64,000 nt of DNA from Klebsormidium nitens (GCA_000708835.1 DF237051.1:62001-126000), one strand, 5' to 3'. Shown: positions 21,801-35,471, numbered from the stretch's first letter. Notes: generated by a model from the letters alone, not told the origin. Translations and numbers: made by a program.

Positions 21801-24419
21801 TGCCGGCAGGATGATGCACGCGCGAGTATAATCGGACACGGGCCAGTGGCTTGACCTACGATCGGAACCACTTGCTATCAAGAATTTCAGGGTCCTTAAC
21901 AGATGGCTGGGAGGCCGGAGCGGGTTTGCGGATCCTAGATACCAAGAGACTCAAGTGGAATCTGAAGTCCCATGCGTCCTCTGACGCCAAAAAAGAATCA
22001 GGACATTACACCGACAACACAAGGCCATAAGAAGGACGAGAAATATACTGTGACCACAGGTCAAAACTTAGAGACGTCCAGCGCTGAGAGAAGAAAAAAT
22101 GCCTTCAAAGAGAGCGAATTCGACAAATTAGGAAGAAACCGAAATAACGTCAAGAAAAGACAACGTCTACTGGGTTTGACACGAGCGGATTATAAGGCTG
22201 ACACGAGCGGGTTATAAGGCTAACCCGAGCGTAGTCCTGGGACTCTGCAACGTCGATGAGAACGGCTTTTCCTTGCGACGCCAGCTCGTGGGCTTCGGTC
22301 GCTTCCACCTGCTTCAGACCGCTCTTCTTCAAACTCCGAAACACCTCTGCACACAAAGGAACCGTTAGACTGGGCGTAGGCCATGCATGGACGAAGCACA
22401 CGTCAGCAAACCCGAGGCCCACTTTAAGCCCGGCAAAAACCATTCTTTCTAAGGCTTGAATAAAAGGACTTCACGCGCCTTCAGTAAAAGGACACAGAGG
22501 TCCAACAAGGTACTTGTCGGCTCTCGATCTCGATGGGATACATAGCCTCGTGAGGCTCACCGACGGACTCTTTCGGAAATAACAAAAAGTGTTGGCTTGG
22601 ATCGGGGAATTGTTAGCCCCCAGGAGAAAAAACGTTCGGGTGCAACCAAAGCCCAGGAGGACACAACTCAAGTCCTGCTGCAGGGCAGACTTGTAGACCA
22701 GACGTGTTTCGTCTTGACAGAAGATCAATCCACTTGGCCGTCTAAAAGACGCAATATGTTCGAAAGGCCTGTAAGGCATTCCAAAATGGCTATCGTGCTC
22801 TGCGCAGGTTCGATTGTATTGGGTGTGATCCACACATTGAACCCTCGTTGCTCACAACTCGCTCTTGAGATCAGGAATATCAAAAGCACGTTAGCGGACC
22901 ATTTGAGTTAGGGGGGCTCACCGATCCAGGACGTATAGGCAAACTCTTCCCCCAGCCAGGTGCGCACCTTGGTGTTCCCTGCCTTTTGGTACTCAACCAT
23001 CTGCGCCAGCTTGTATTCCTTCGTCTGCTTCGCCATCTGCAAGTAATGGGGCTTCAATTTGAATACCGCGTCGATCCTGTGGGGAGCTCATTACATTCGA
23101 GGGCTTCATTCGCTTACCTGGAAGGATTTTGACTGAAGTCGGACACATGCAGTTGAAGGAAAAGAAAGAGTACCGTGTATGTAGGCCGGAGGCTGGGACC
23201 CAAGCAATTCCGTTTGCAATTATCCATTGAAGCCTGGACATTCGCTGTATGGAAGCGTAGGTTAGGTTCACCAGGTCATCTGACAATAAACAATGACTTC
23301 CGGAGTTTCAGGCTTAGTTCCAACTCCTATGAGTGCAGAAGCTCGACTGATCTGCTTCGCAATCGGGGCTGCTATATTTACTCGAGCTGAGAACCGCACA
23401 ACAAGCGAAGCGAACCGCAGATCCGTCTTGTCAGAAATTAACCTTCATTCTGGAAAAACACTTGGAGGGTGAAAAGGGTGGCGCATGACTTGGATAACTG
23501 TCCAAGGTCTCACAGCCAAGGCACGAAGAATTGACAACCGACGCCAGCTAAGAGTTTCTTCTGACTCTCGACTCTTAAAGACTCATTCCTGTAAGACTTC
23601 TGGCCACTGCCCATCGATTAAAACAACCATCTACTCTAATCCCAAATCTAAAATGTCCGTTCTACACCTGGCGGAGACACCCAAATTCTGTGCCCCCAGC
23701 AACTTTGGTACCAGAATCTTGCCAGCCACCTAAAGGAATAGTTACTCAAAGCAAGGATCCATCAACGTTCTCTGTCAATGTAGTGATATTTCAGTTCCCC
23801 CTCATTTGATCATATCTCCAAGCACACGCAGGCCGTGGCCATAACATGCGACTCGGTGTACTCAGTCAACTTGACTCTCCCAGAATGTTGCTCACATCAA
23901 CTGCGGTAAGTACGAACAATCTAGTTGCAACCACTCCGGCAGGCATTTAAAAGCAAACGTTAGGCTCTAACACCTCAGCACTGTCACAGATCTCTGCAAC
24001 TGAAGAAGGCGTCAGATGGCAACAAAGCTCAGTTGCATAGGGAAAGTCAAGCAACTCACAAAGTTGTCGTATACCCACTTCCCAAAGACGCCTCGATCCC
24101 GCCCTTGGGGAGAAGTGTCAAAGTTGAACACCGGCTCCTCCCCTTCATCAGCGCTCTCTTTCTTCTCCTCCTGTACCTGCTGGTTGCTGCTCGACGCCCT
24201 GATCTTCGTCCCAACCCTTTGCTGCTGCCTAAACCGCGTAAGTTTCACACTGGGTTTGACGCTGGGTTTGTGAGAGATCAGGCACCTATTTTTGAAATGC
24301 AGGCTCTTTGAGGACATGGACGAACAGTGAATTTCAGAAACTTCTGTTGCCCTTGGGTTGGACAGAGCGGGGGCAGTGAGACTGCATGTCGCCTGGGGCA
24401 AGGCGAAAGTGGACGCCAT
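18804..24419 (-). CDS. Plastid-targeted rhodanese-like domain protein
   Basis: Exons with consistent phase: 24419-24060, 23036-22922, 22346-22225, 21617-21544, 20997-20957, 20030-19856, 18918-18804. Ser/Ala-rich transit peptide, then ...AVLIDVAESQDYAR|IHAAGAASAPLFRLIQG...FAGTE|RNPEF...PLIVYCQIGG...YKDPERTFGRQSR|SLKAVYELQQAGFTNIRHMKGGLSQW..GLP. Confidence 0.9.
19370..19547. mobile_element. Small foldback/MITE-like element in the last rhodanese intron
   Basis: Left arm AGTTTAGGTAGGATACTTTTAGGTAGGATAG...CCCCGGGAA is inverted at the right as TTCCCCGGG...CTATCCTACCTAGAACTATCCTACCCAAACT. A direct repeat AAAAACGCAAT sits about 9 nt outside each end. Confidence 0.6.
20105..20378 (-). repeat. Two echoes of rhodanese acceptor plus exon 5' half
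   Basis: Copies starting at 20352 and 20198 (after CAG, each with a pyrimidine tract) of the exon starting at 20030: ERNSKFVAKAFLAAGGDKSKPLIVYC / ERNPDFAAKALAAAGGDKSKPLFVYC versus ERNPEFAAKALAAASGDKSKPLIVYC. Confidence 0.93.
22178..22231 (-). repeat. 22-bp tandem repeat spanning a rhodanese exon end/donor site
   Basis: Minus strand: CGCTCGG|GTTAGCCTTATAAC, CCGCTCGTGTCAGCCTTATAAT, CCGCTCGTGTC. Confidence 0.8.
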
Positions 24420-25777
24420 CTGGAGTGGCTATGAGACTATGCAATGCTGTGAGCAGGGTTTTCTTTGCAACTGTGCAATTAAGCTCTGATGTTGCAGCAC
24501 CACCTCTGCACCGAAATCACTGCAAGCAACTTGCTAGCAAACCCAATCCCTGGGGCACTGAAAAGTCAGGTTCTGAGATCGTTGACTGCTTCCGGACGTG
24601 AAGTGGTCGCCTTACGGTGCCTTTTGTGCTACTCTGCTCAGGGAAGGCTCAAGACCGAGACATGCAAGGAAAGCCAGCTAGAGCTCAAAAGCTGCGGCCG
24701 TGAACGTGTTCAAACTTCTCCTGGAACCTTACTGCTTAAAGTTACAAAAGCAGAGGAGAAGCGACAATCTGCAAACTTTGAAATTTGAAGATCGACGATG
24801 CCCCTATATTTCCGAGGGTGAGATTAAGATGCCTCCGAGCTGAGCCAAGCTGAGCGCTCGAATCAGCACACCGCGCTGTACGCGGCTCGATCGAGGCCGC
24901 CGAACGATAGGATGGACGGTTGAGATCCACCCTCGCTTTGTCCCTTGAATATTAGGGTTTGATGATACTCTCACGCCGAGGGAGCGCGGAATGTGCAGCA
25001 TTGATTGTCATTGGCTGCCTTGAACTTGAAGTTGATGGCACGCCTTTATGGCAGGGCAAGGACCGCGCAGGGAGACGCCAATGCACTCAAAACAGGGAGC
25101 AAGGAGAACAAATTGGAAAGAATGCCGTTTCCTGGGGAGGCTTGCGACCCTCGTTGACTTGCAATGCCGTGCAGTCTACTTTCTGATCTTGGATCAAATC
25201 CTTGGGCACTCAAGGATGATGGTGTTGCCACGGCATTTTCAGCATCTTACAGGCTGCGTCCTCGAGATGAGAAGAAAGAAGCACGGAGATTGACACGCCT
25301 GCTAGGACCCCAAGCAGGACCTCACTAATCAAAGTCGATAGGTCAAGTGCAGAAGGTTTCAGGCAGGAGTGGCTGATACAGCACATGAAACAAGATCCTA
25401 CTTGCCTCGCTTATGAAGTTAGGGGCCACGCTAAAGTGCTCAAGAGTCGTAGATTAGACATATTGTCGACCCCTGATGGAAGGGCTGCATTGAACCTATT
25501 TGAGCGGAAACTGTGAACCAATCCTACAGCTTTGCTGACCAACAAGATAAATTCAAAAGATCCAAAGCTTTGTCAACGTAGACATTTTAGAATTAGATCT
25601 TTCCACTCACGTACAATTGGGTTTCAGGTGGTTACAAGCACCAAATCCAAGAAACAAACCAGTTCGTCTTAAGCAGCTTGCATACCTCATCAATTAGTGT
25701 TGTGGAGCAGCTTCCAAGCCAACCCAAAGTCATCCGTAGCTAACCAGAAGCTAACCAGCCTTAACCCAGAACTAACC

Positions 25778-28700
25778 ATGGCCCGTTCCAGCAGCGCCTT
25801 CACTTCTCTAAGCAGCCCCACGTCTAGGCCCAAGTCTGTCGGCAGCCCGAAATCGGTAGGCAGCCCAAAGTCTGCTCGAATTCCCAAGAAGGAGATAGAC
25901 TGGGAGCATCATGACTTTCTGGAAGCAGAAGAACCGGCCCCGGTGTTTGACGAACTGGGGTCCTCATCCCGAGCGCAGAGCAGGAAGGGGGTCCGCTCAA
26001 AGGGAAGATCCGCCCAGGCGCGCAGGTATGCAACTGTTGAGGTGAGCTCACAACTGGCTACCCTCCAGTTATTCTTTCCACTTTTTTGAAGGCTGAATGA
26101 GCTGGTCTTTTTGAATGGTGGCATAACTTGGGGAGCTATTTGTGACCAGAGGATGAGATTTTGTGATGAGCAGTAGTGTGAGGGTTGTATCCATTATGTC
26201 ATACGTGGTGGGCCAAAGCTCCTGGAGAAATACGATATAAGTTGGTGCAAAGCCTGTATGTCCAGCGCCTATCCCTAAGCCCTTCAACCATGGCCTATCT
26301 CTAAGCAATTGCCTGCACGCTGTTATGTCGGACCTCGTCCCTCACAAGCAATTGGGCAAACGTGTTGTCCAACTTCATCAGGGGTCTCCGGCATCAAGGT
26401 TTTGCTTCCCTCTGAAATCAGTGAGCTAACAAAAGTAGGAAGACGAAGTTCCGCAAGAAAGATCTCAAACACTGCCAAACTTTTCTCCCCCAGGAGTGCC
26501 CCCTTCCCACCCTGCCGAGGTCAGCCGATCAGCAGCTCGAGCTACCGTGCAACATCAGAATCGTGCACACGCTGCGCATTCCGGTGGACGAGTTTGAGAT
26601 CCGCTTTGAGGTGCGCCAGCTCAGTCGTGCACTTCCAACTTTAGCTTTCTGCTTTCTCTCATGTGTATAATGAATATCAAGCGGAGTGGCTCGAAAGCAC
26701 TTCTGCGGTCATTAACACTTTGGAGATGTACATTGCGGCGATGGTCAATGTGCTGATGAGCTGCTGACGGTGCCTTCATATTCTCACCTTCTTACTTGTC
26801 AAGACGCCAGCGTAATCAGAATTACACTGGTCAAAGATTGGTGACAAGCTTTGCAAAGTGAACTCTGTTCTAAATGCACTGGCGTACACTGCATGACCCG
26901 ACTGCACTCCCCTCAAGTGTCGAATTAGGAGCAGTTGTTCCTCATGCATATGATGCGGTGCAGGCCCCTCGCGCCAAAGCGGCATGGAAGCAGTGGGCCC
27001 TGTCATCGCTGTGTCTGGAGATCTTCCGGGACGCCTTCTGGTGGATCCTGGCGGAGGAGTTCAAGGTCAGATAACGAATTCCGGCACTTTCATGGCATCG
27101 ATCGGGATCAACTACATTGAGGCCAACTTATGTGGCTCAATCAGGAACATATTGCTCCTAATTCGGCTTCTTCGTATCGTTTCGACTTCGTCATTCGTTT
27201 TCATGAGTGCACGCTCGCATAACCGCCCGAGCTGAGGAACTGTCCGATTACAGCAGCTCTCCCATTCGAAACGTTTTTTGTGGCTTTGTAGACTCTTACA
27301 TGCCCTTCCTCACCACGTTTGCCAAGCTCTGTGCTCTGGCGTGAAAGTCGAACTAAAGGTTTTTGGCTACCGTCCTTCATTGTTCTTTTCAAGGAGTCGG
27401 TCAGAAGTCTGCATTTTCATGTCCGTACGATAGGGAGGCAATATGCTGGCCTGGTCACGAAGCCACGCAAGGAAATTGACCGGACGCCAGGGAGGCCTCA
27501 AATGGTCCGATCAGGACCTCGGTTTCCGCGGCTAACCCTTGAACACTCGGTCACTGCAGTTTAAAAACCCTTCTACACCCTTCGGTCACTCCAATCCTTA
27601 ACTCCTTCCAAACGCTCGGTCACCGCATTCCTAACCCTTTCTAAACCCTCCGTCGTCGGAATCCTAAGCCTCGTAACCCCTCAAAAGTCCACATATCAGC
27701 CCCTTCCAAATGTTCAAAGTCCGCAAACTCAAATGCTTCCATTCCTCTCGAAGTCCGCGTCTCTAACTCGCTGCGTCTATCACAGAAGCAAGCGCCAGAT
27801 GCGGCTGCGCTGCAAGGCTTTGTGTTCGACCGTATTGCCAACAATTACACCAAGCTTTTGCTTCCCGACGGCGAGAAGCAAGCACAGCCTAACGACGGGT
27901 ACCTTGAGGTAGGCGGTACCGACTTTGATGACGTTATTGGCGCCTCATCAGCCATTAATGAACAATTGTTTGGGTGCCAATTGTTGGGGCGCCACTTGCC
28001 CTGTCAGCTGTCGCATAGTACTCCTTCAGATTCGATTGTTAGGGAACCCCTGAACGCAGAAGCCACTCCGGGCCTGATCGACCCCCGTCGATTCATGGTA
28101 AAGTCAGAGTCTAAGTCAGTATGCAAGTGACAGAGTAAGTTGTCAAGCATGAGTTCAGCAGGCACCTCCTTTGACTACTCACTCCCTGAGACACGTCCTC
28201 GAAATTATCGAATTGGAAGTCCTAGAGCTAAACTCCCGCGCCCCCCGCATTTTGCAGATCTTGGCTCTGGTTCAGGCACAGGGCCTGCTGCGCGCCTTCC
28301 AGGTGGCATTCCCCAAGTCGAAGCACAAGTTTAACGAGGCCTTCTACCGGCGCGTGCTGCGTCACATCACGCAGTGGACCGTAGGTGAGGGAGGCAGCTG
28401 TCCGTTCGGGCAAGCGTTTCGTTCCGTGAATTATCTTTGCTGTGCGGAACGAACCTCTATATGCAGTGGACCGTTGAGGAGCTGGACGCCGGATTCTGAA
28501 CGGCTGGTCAGGGTTGCTCATACAAGTTAGATACGAGATAAGGAACGTGCTCAAGATCGTCGGCAGCAGGCAGTGTCCATTACGCTGAACGGAACCCATC
28601 TTCGCTCCGGTAGAGTCCCATGCATTTTATATGAGTCCGGCTTCGCGGAGGAAGCTGGATGAGCCTGATTAGCAAAGCCGGTGTACAGTTGTTGCCGACA

Positions 28701-31700
28701 TTGCAAGCTGTGAGTGCTAACTGCAACGGGCAGCCCAGAAAGTGAACGAAGACGAGCCCTCCCGACGCTATCTGGAGAAGCCCGCTGCAGCGGTATCGCA
28801 GTCATCTCAAGGTTGCTGACTCGACCTTTCCTAAGATCCTTTTCGGCCTGCCCTGCAGCCACGCCCCGGACCAAGGAAGCCTTGCGCGACGTCGGCCATG
28901 GCGAGAGCGGGTTCGTGGGAAGGATGATCGATCCCAACGGTGAGAAAACTTGGGACTTTCGCTCTTCACCGACGCCGTTAGGGTTCTTAGCTTTTTGGTA
29001 GCATGCATGAAGCAATTTCGGTTTTGATCTAGAGAACCGCGCCACGCTGTCGAGTCTCCTTCGTCACCCCCTGCAAACGAGAGGGTGCCACGCTTGTCAT
29101 TGGAGCCCTTCCACGTTCGGACGGCAATTACATGCCACATCAGCTATGTATGTTTTCTGCGCTCTGGGCCCCGGATGTTTTTAATAACCTTGAGCTCGCC
29201 AGATCAGTCTTGACGTGGCAACCACGAGTCTGTTGCGATGTCCGGACTTTCTCTCGAGATCCGCAAAATAATTGGTTGTGCTAGGTGCCTCGGAGGCCAC
29301 GTGCTGACTTTTGCTGCCGTCCGTTTCTATCGACAGAGGTCCGACAGGACTTCAGCTACGACGCGTCCATGTCGTCTAAAGCGATTGAGCAGGTATTCAC
29401 TACTCTCTTCACATAGTGGCGGCATGAGAAGCTTGGCAATCTCAGTTTCGGAATGCTTTTGAATGAAGGACGTTTGTTTGCATGAAAATGTTTTCAGACT
29501 TTCAGGATTCAAAGCTGCTTAAACCATAGGTCAGTCTCCAGGATTCTCAAGCCTTGAGCCCTCGCCGTCCCTTGCTCCGGAATATTACAGCTGCTAGAGA
29601 AGGTTTCTTGCTGCCTAGCAGGCTTCACTTGCCTCTTTTCGTTTCTCTCAAGGAATAGTAAACCGAGCCGTTAGCATCTCAGGTCTCTGGAAGGAGAAGT
29701 TCTTGATTGGCTCTGGTTTGAAATGTGTGCTTATGGTCAAATTCGACATCGACTGGTCTACTACTAAAACATGTAGGCTGCCCATGATCCCCTGGCCGAC
29801 AGTAAGCATCGCGCCGCCCCTGCTCTCCTGCAATGAACAGTTGTTGAACTGGGGAGAGTACTATCAAGCTTTATCAGGTGGAGTATCGGTACTGCTATGG
29901 TTTGAGCAATCGCGACAGGAGGACTCAAAGGTCGAGCAGCAACTTTCTTCGAAGTTGAAAATGAAAAAATAGTGGTGAACAAGCATCTAGGGAAAAGGTC
30001 TGGGAGGTGTCGGTGGCCGGATTCGATCGCTGAGCGCTCGGATGTCCGACACTGAAGTCCATAACGTTGGAGGGTTTTGTGTTGCTACACCGACATTCTT
30101 TTCCGGTGGTGCAACACCTATGTACCATTTAAACTGGTCCGAAGCGCGACTTTGCCTCGACGGCTCTCAGATCCAGGTTACGTCACCTCTGTGACTGCTT
30201 TTGGTACGTAACGTCACCCTCCGGATTAGCCTCAGGAGTGGTCCTAAAAGCTACCAAAGACCTAACCGCAGAAATAAACCTGCTTTGCTTCCGTTACCAC
30301 CCCACCCCCCCAAACTAACCCACCAGCCTAACCCACTCTCCCCAAGGCAATCGGCTTAACATTTCTGCGTTTAACAAATCCTGAGATTGATCCTCAATGC
30401 AGTGGCGCGCAACGTACCTCCCCCCCGCCCACGACCTCACCAACCGGGACCGGCACAGCCTGCTCGTGACGCACTTCCTGACGTCACACGGCATCCTCGA
30501 GCCGCCCGTCGAAAAGCACGCCTACGACGGTGTGAAGACCCGCCAAAGCCCGCGAAAGGACCACGTGGGCGGTGTGAAAACGCGCAATAGCTCGGGGGAG
30601 GAAAACGCGGGCGGGGCTCGTCCCTCGAAAGAGGCGGGGGATCCCGCTGGCACCACCGGGGGGCAAAACAGGGACTCTGATCCGGGGGGGGCAAACGCTG
30701 GGAGGGCAAGGAAAGAAAACGCACGGAGGACAAACGATGGAGCCGCTTTGTCGGAGAATTTACCAGGGGAAGAGACAAAACCTGGGGACGGTCCCGGATC
30801 CGGTCTTGGTTCCGGTTCCGGCCACGACAAACGGACCCCGGAACAGCTGAACGTCAGCGTGGCGCCGCACCTTAGGACAGCTGTCAGCGCATTATTAGCC
30901 GCGGGTTTGGACACGCAGGAGGCCGTCGCGGTCGCGAGTTTCATGCAGAGCGGGGAGTATGATGCGGACGAGGACCCGGAGGCTTTGGGATTTGGCGAGG
31001 GCGGCGAGGGCGCGGCCGGCCCGGGCGAACGGCGCGACGCGCAGAGCGTGTCGTATGCGTCGATGGCGGCCGGGTCGTTCGACCGAACGCGGCAAGCGTT
31101 GGACAAGTGAGTGTTTGAGATGCTTCCGTGTGCGGTTGGCGTTTCTGGTTCGTACGTTCGACAGCGTGTGTCGTTGCTGCATATACGAGGAAATGGATAT
31201 TTTCCATCCGCAGACACATTCAGAATCTATGTATCTTCAAGAAACTTGAGTGGCCAAGTCCAACGCAAACCGTCTTCTGCAACTGAATGCCTCACACTCG
31301 TACAGGGAACCTCCATATACCAGCTCTTGCTAAGAGGAACAACAAGGATTCGCTGTAGACGCGAGCATTTGTTCTGGTTGGCGATTGCAAGATCTATCTC
31401 CTTGAGTCCTTGACGAAACTTAGAATCGACATCTGACAAAGCGGTCCTTGGAAAAAGGTACGCTGACGTCCGGAGGCGCGGCCTGTCGTCCGTCGAGGTA
31501 ACGCAAAAGGAAACGGCGCACCTCATCCAAGAGTTACGGCACCTCTGGAGCCACGTGGGCAAGCACGACATGCGTTACATTAGCAACGCGCTCGCGAAGT
31601 GGGACCCAAAGCCGGTAGTAACGCTCAGCGCGCGCGAGAAGCAGCTAGAGCGCGCGAGCCAGGAGGTCCGGCGCGAGGTAGAGGGCACGCTCGCGCGCTC

Positions 31701-31833
31701 CACGCGCGCGCGGCACGAGACGGAACGATTTTTGCATAGCAAAGGGCCGGGTTTTAGCTGGCGGCGGACGGAATACGGGCAGTGGCGCGCGCGGTTCGAG
31801 AAGGGGGAGGCGGAGGAGGTGCTCGAAGTTTAG
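25778..31833 (+). CDS. FAM227: FAM227-like (FWWh domain) protein
   Basis: Exons approximately 25778-26025, about 26520-26610 (acceptor uncertain), 26964-27065, 27786-27908, 28258-28384, 28859-28939, 29337-29392, 30403-31106, 31458-31833. Family motifs: EIFRDAFWWIL, FVFDRIANNYTKLL, LAQGLLRAFQVAFPKSKHKFNEAF...ITQWTV, RHSLLVTHFL. Confidence 0.8.
27517..27680 (+). repeat. Degenerate intronic minisatellite (about 5 units of about 34 bp)
   Basis: Recurring CTCGGTCAC...CCTAACCCTT(T)CTA(A)AC units. Confidence 0.6.
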
Positions 31834-34102
31834 GAAAGGTTTAGGATTCTGGTCAAGATATTAGTCGAAGTCGCGTTAGGATGTGAGGGACGGGACTTGC
31901 GGGTTGGTAATCTCTGTCGCGGTGTAAAAACATAGAGACGGTTTGCAGCGAACCAAACCTTTCAAGCGAGCCAGACTTGAAGGGTTCTGAGGAGGCATAC
32001 CGGGTTCTGCACTCCGTCAAATGTTGAGCGTCTTTGGAGCGAGTGAGCCATGCACCGCGATGTCACTGGCACCTATAGAAGGTCATCACTAAAGGTCAGG
32101 ACCCAGCTGTCAGGGTTTCAAAGGAAGCCAGGACGGATCACAAGAGCTGCATCATTATGGCCAGTGGTTCTATAATCAAGCAGGCGAAACACGTTGCGAC
32201 TAAAGGTACCGGTACTGCGGCTTCCATCCGCGGTCGTTGAGATCATTTGAGTGTCCTAAATCGGACTGGCTTAAAGCGTTTTGCACGCGGCTATGATTTC
32301 AAGAGTAGTGCATGCCTGTCAGAAATGTTCTTGCATGGGTTTTAACACCAAATTCCAGTGGTTGCGGGTGGGTATTAGCTAGCTCGACCAGACAATTAGT
32401 GAATGTCCTGACCCTGTATCGTGAGTCAACAGCAGCATGAGTGAGTCTTCTCTACATATGACGACGTCGACATGTACCGCATAAAGAGTGATTTGGATCG
32501 GTCCGACCTGACGGTGTACGGTTATTGTGTAGAGCAAGCATTTTAAAAGAAATGAATTCATGCCATATAATGCTTACAGAGGGGTGATCGGATCGGTAGA
32601 TGGGACACTGGTACATGAACGTATACCGCAGTATGCAGGCGCTTCAGTCCTGGCAGCCAATTATGCACCCAGTAAATGAAACGTCTATATATGCATATGA
32701 TGCTGCCCTAACGTGCATGACCTTTTCGAAGCATTCCTTGTATTCAGCTAACTTCGCGTCCATTAGCTCTGTACGATTGCCCGCCGAGTCTTCCATCAGA
32801 AGATTTCATCTTGTGATAGATGCATCAATGATGCCCACCGAGCGCGTATGATAATTTGGTCTGGATCCCGGCCAGTGCAGCAGTTCAACAGTACTGGCAT
32901 GCATAAGGCATAGCTCGATCCGACACCTCTAGCTAGACATGCAGCAAGTGACGTACGTACTACGCGTTATGATGTATACTGGCTTGAACATTCCATGTTC
33001 GAGTCTGTGAGTCATGCACCAATTCACTCGGTCTAGTGCATTCTTGAGCTAGATCCAGTTTTAGCATAGCAGATGATTAGTGATGAGGCTTGAAGTGCAT
33101 GGGAACGAACTGTACCTACGAAGTTTCAATCAGCATTGATGCGCATTCTTTTGTGCTTTAGGCCTTTGGAATCTCCTACGTTGAGCTATCAAAGCCGTTA
33201 TGAAACGATAGGTAAGTTTATGGCCTCATTATCTTGCATGATCGCATCAATCGGTTTCGGTCTGTGCACATAGCTGTCCGTCACTCCTGGAGTAATGATA
33301 ACTTCTCTTATACAATCCACGTTAATTTGATCTCCATCATTGGTCGCAGGATTTGCAGAATGTATGATTGTGCCGAGTCACTTGCATGCCATTGAAAGGC
33401 CAGCGTCTGCTATTTGCATAAAAACCTGCCTATATGCTTGCTTCAGATGCAATCCAATGATCGAAATCATTTCGCACTAGGCATGTGACCAGTACTGAAT
33501 CCGAGTAAGGTGGTCGCTGTGCATGATTGAATTCCAACCATCCGCAGATCCGTCAGGATCTTTGGGCCGTTGGACCCATCACAATCAGAGGAGTCGCTGT
33601 AATCAGGTAAGCTCAAACTGAAAGCAACCGAGCTTCTATGCAGAGGCTGTTACGATACTCGCAGGCTCGAACTTAGCAGCTAATGTACAAGGCACTATGC
33701 AGTCTCCTTTAGCAAGAAGTCGCTTTACAGCTCTTTGCGAGCAGCCTGCCGATTTTAGTTAGAGAAGGAAGCTTAAAAAGTTAGTCAAGTTACACGGCTA
33801 CATAGTCAGGTTGTGTTGTTGTCGTGACTCGCTACATGTAATGTCGCGGTCTGCGACTAACTTACGCATCTAACTTTCTAAGCTTCCCTCTCTAACTTAA
33901 ATCGGCAGGTTGCTTAGAGCTGTATCTATCATTTGGTCTTCCAAAGGAAAAGTAAGCAGTCCTACTCGGGAGCAGAAAATACACCGCAGCTCCTATGGCA
34001 AGCCTTTTCAACAAGTATCCCCGCTTGCGGAAGGAGGCAACAATTTTACGGATTTCTATCTAAGCAGCTACAGGACACTGCTATTTTCGAAAACGAAGTC
34101 CC

Positions 34103-34921
34103 CTATTTCGGCGCGTCACCTTTGGACAGCCGCCTGAGCCGCTCGTGAATCCTGTCAACCTTTTCAGACGTGGCTTTCGCCTTTGCTAAAAGCGCAGCAA
34201 CGGGGCTGTCTTCTGCTCTTGGGCTGGTTGCCTCTAAAGGGGGGGTCTCAGCAGAGCTATAGGGGACCCCCCTTTCCTCTACCAGCAGCTGGCGTTCAAA
34301 GCCCTGCCGCAACCCCTCCTCAGCTGCTCTTCTCTCCGCAGCACTTTCTTCCAGGTCAAGTTCCAGAGCACGCCTGGTTTCTACCAGCTCATGCACCCCT
34401 TCTGAAACTGTTCCAGCAGAACCAAGTTCCTCACCAAGGGACACACCGATACCTGCATTCTCAGGCTTGGTTGAAATCAAGCTCTGACCTCGCCGGACCT
34501 GCTCATCAACCCCTTGCGAGCTATCCTTGCCCCAGTTTCTCTCACCAGCTGCGACATTCTCGTCGTCAGTAGGTGGTTTGCCCTCGCCAGACCTCTTCCA
34601 CTCTTTCCTAGTTTCCCCTTTCGTCGCTTCTGATACCCGCTCCTCATTCTCAGACCTCCTGTCATCGTGCGTCCTCCTTCTCCTCTGAATGAACTTCCAG
34701 AAAGCTAGAGTCGCAACAGCCAGGCCTGCAGCAGCTCTGAGATCCGTCTTATCAAGCAACTTGCGCGCCTGCTCGAGCGGCCCAGGCCCATACTTCCGGA
34801 CTATCGTCTCATGCACGCACACCTCGATGTTGTCAGAAATTGCACAGATTGGTGCAGGCCGCTTCTGCCGCCTCGCTCCGCTCATCACATGCTGACGACC
34901 ATTGGCCATGCTGTGCACCAA
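34103..34921 (-). CDS. Orphan single-exon protein with one predicted transmembrane helix and C-terminal coiled coil
   Basis: 272-aa ORF. Hydrophobic LRAAAGLAVATLAFWKFI is followed by RRRR; then a charged linker and the helical LVETRRALELDLEESAAERRAAEEGLRQ. No family recognised. Confidence 0.6.
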   Translation of the reverse strand: MVHSMANGRQHVMSGARRQKRPAPICAISDNIEVCVHETIVRKYGPGPLEQARKLLDKTDLRAAAGLAVATLAFWKFIQRRRRTHDDRRSENEERVSEATKGETRKEWKRSGEGKPPTDDENVAAGERNWGKDSSQGVDEQVRRGQSLISTKPENAGIGVSLGEELGSAGTVSEGVHELVETRRALELDLEESAAERRAAEEGLRQGFERQLLVEERGVPYSSAETPPLEATSPRAEDSPVAALLAKAKATSEKVDRIHERLRRLSKGDAPK

Positions 34922-35471
34922 TTCACTTCAATGTTGCGTTCCTCTTCTTGGAAGGCTTGGGCAAGCTTTTAAGAAACATTTGCTGATGCCACTATAGGCC
35001 TGGCCCTGAGCTGAGGAAAGCGAGGCCTCTTAATGCAAAGTGGCCGCAAGTTGGGCAAGCTGCCAAACCTGGGACTCGACATTCGCAGCCTTCCCCCAAG
35101 CTCCTGTTTGCGCTCAACTTCCCCCATGCGCGGGCGCCAATGCGTTGAGCTTTCAAAACTTGCGCAAAGTCTGTCAAAGAGTGGTGGACACTGGAAATGC
35201 AGTTTGCAATTACGTCTGATTGTGACGCTTCGTGAACTATGTCAAGGTGCGCGTTCCAACTTGCAAGCCATACGGAACCGTCAGATTGACGGCGGTGGTT
35301 GTATCGGACGGTGTAGGGGAGATTGGGGGAGGTAACTAGAGACGGAGAACGAGCTAGAGCCTGAGGGTGACGTGTAGAAGAGACACTGCACTGCATCCAC
35401 AATCTGGCTGCATTTCCTCGCTGCAATCTCACCTGCTAATTGGCGGATAGGACCGGTGCTCTCTTGGAAGA

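Noticed and set aside
24952-24960. Perfect telo-box (TTAGGGTTT) between the divergent rhodanese and FAM227 genes
   Set aside because: A 9-mer is expected about once by chance in 64 kb, and there is no supporting site II motif or TSS data.
31900-33900. Long intergenic stretch rich in ATGCAT-like words
   Set aside because: No ORF, repeat unit or RNA structure could be supported.
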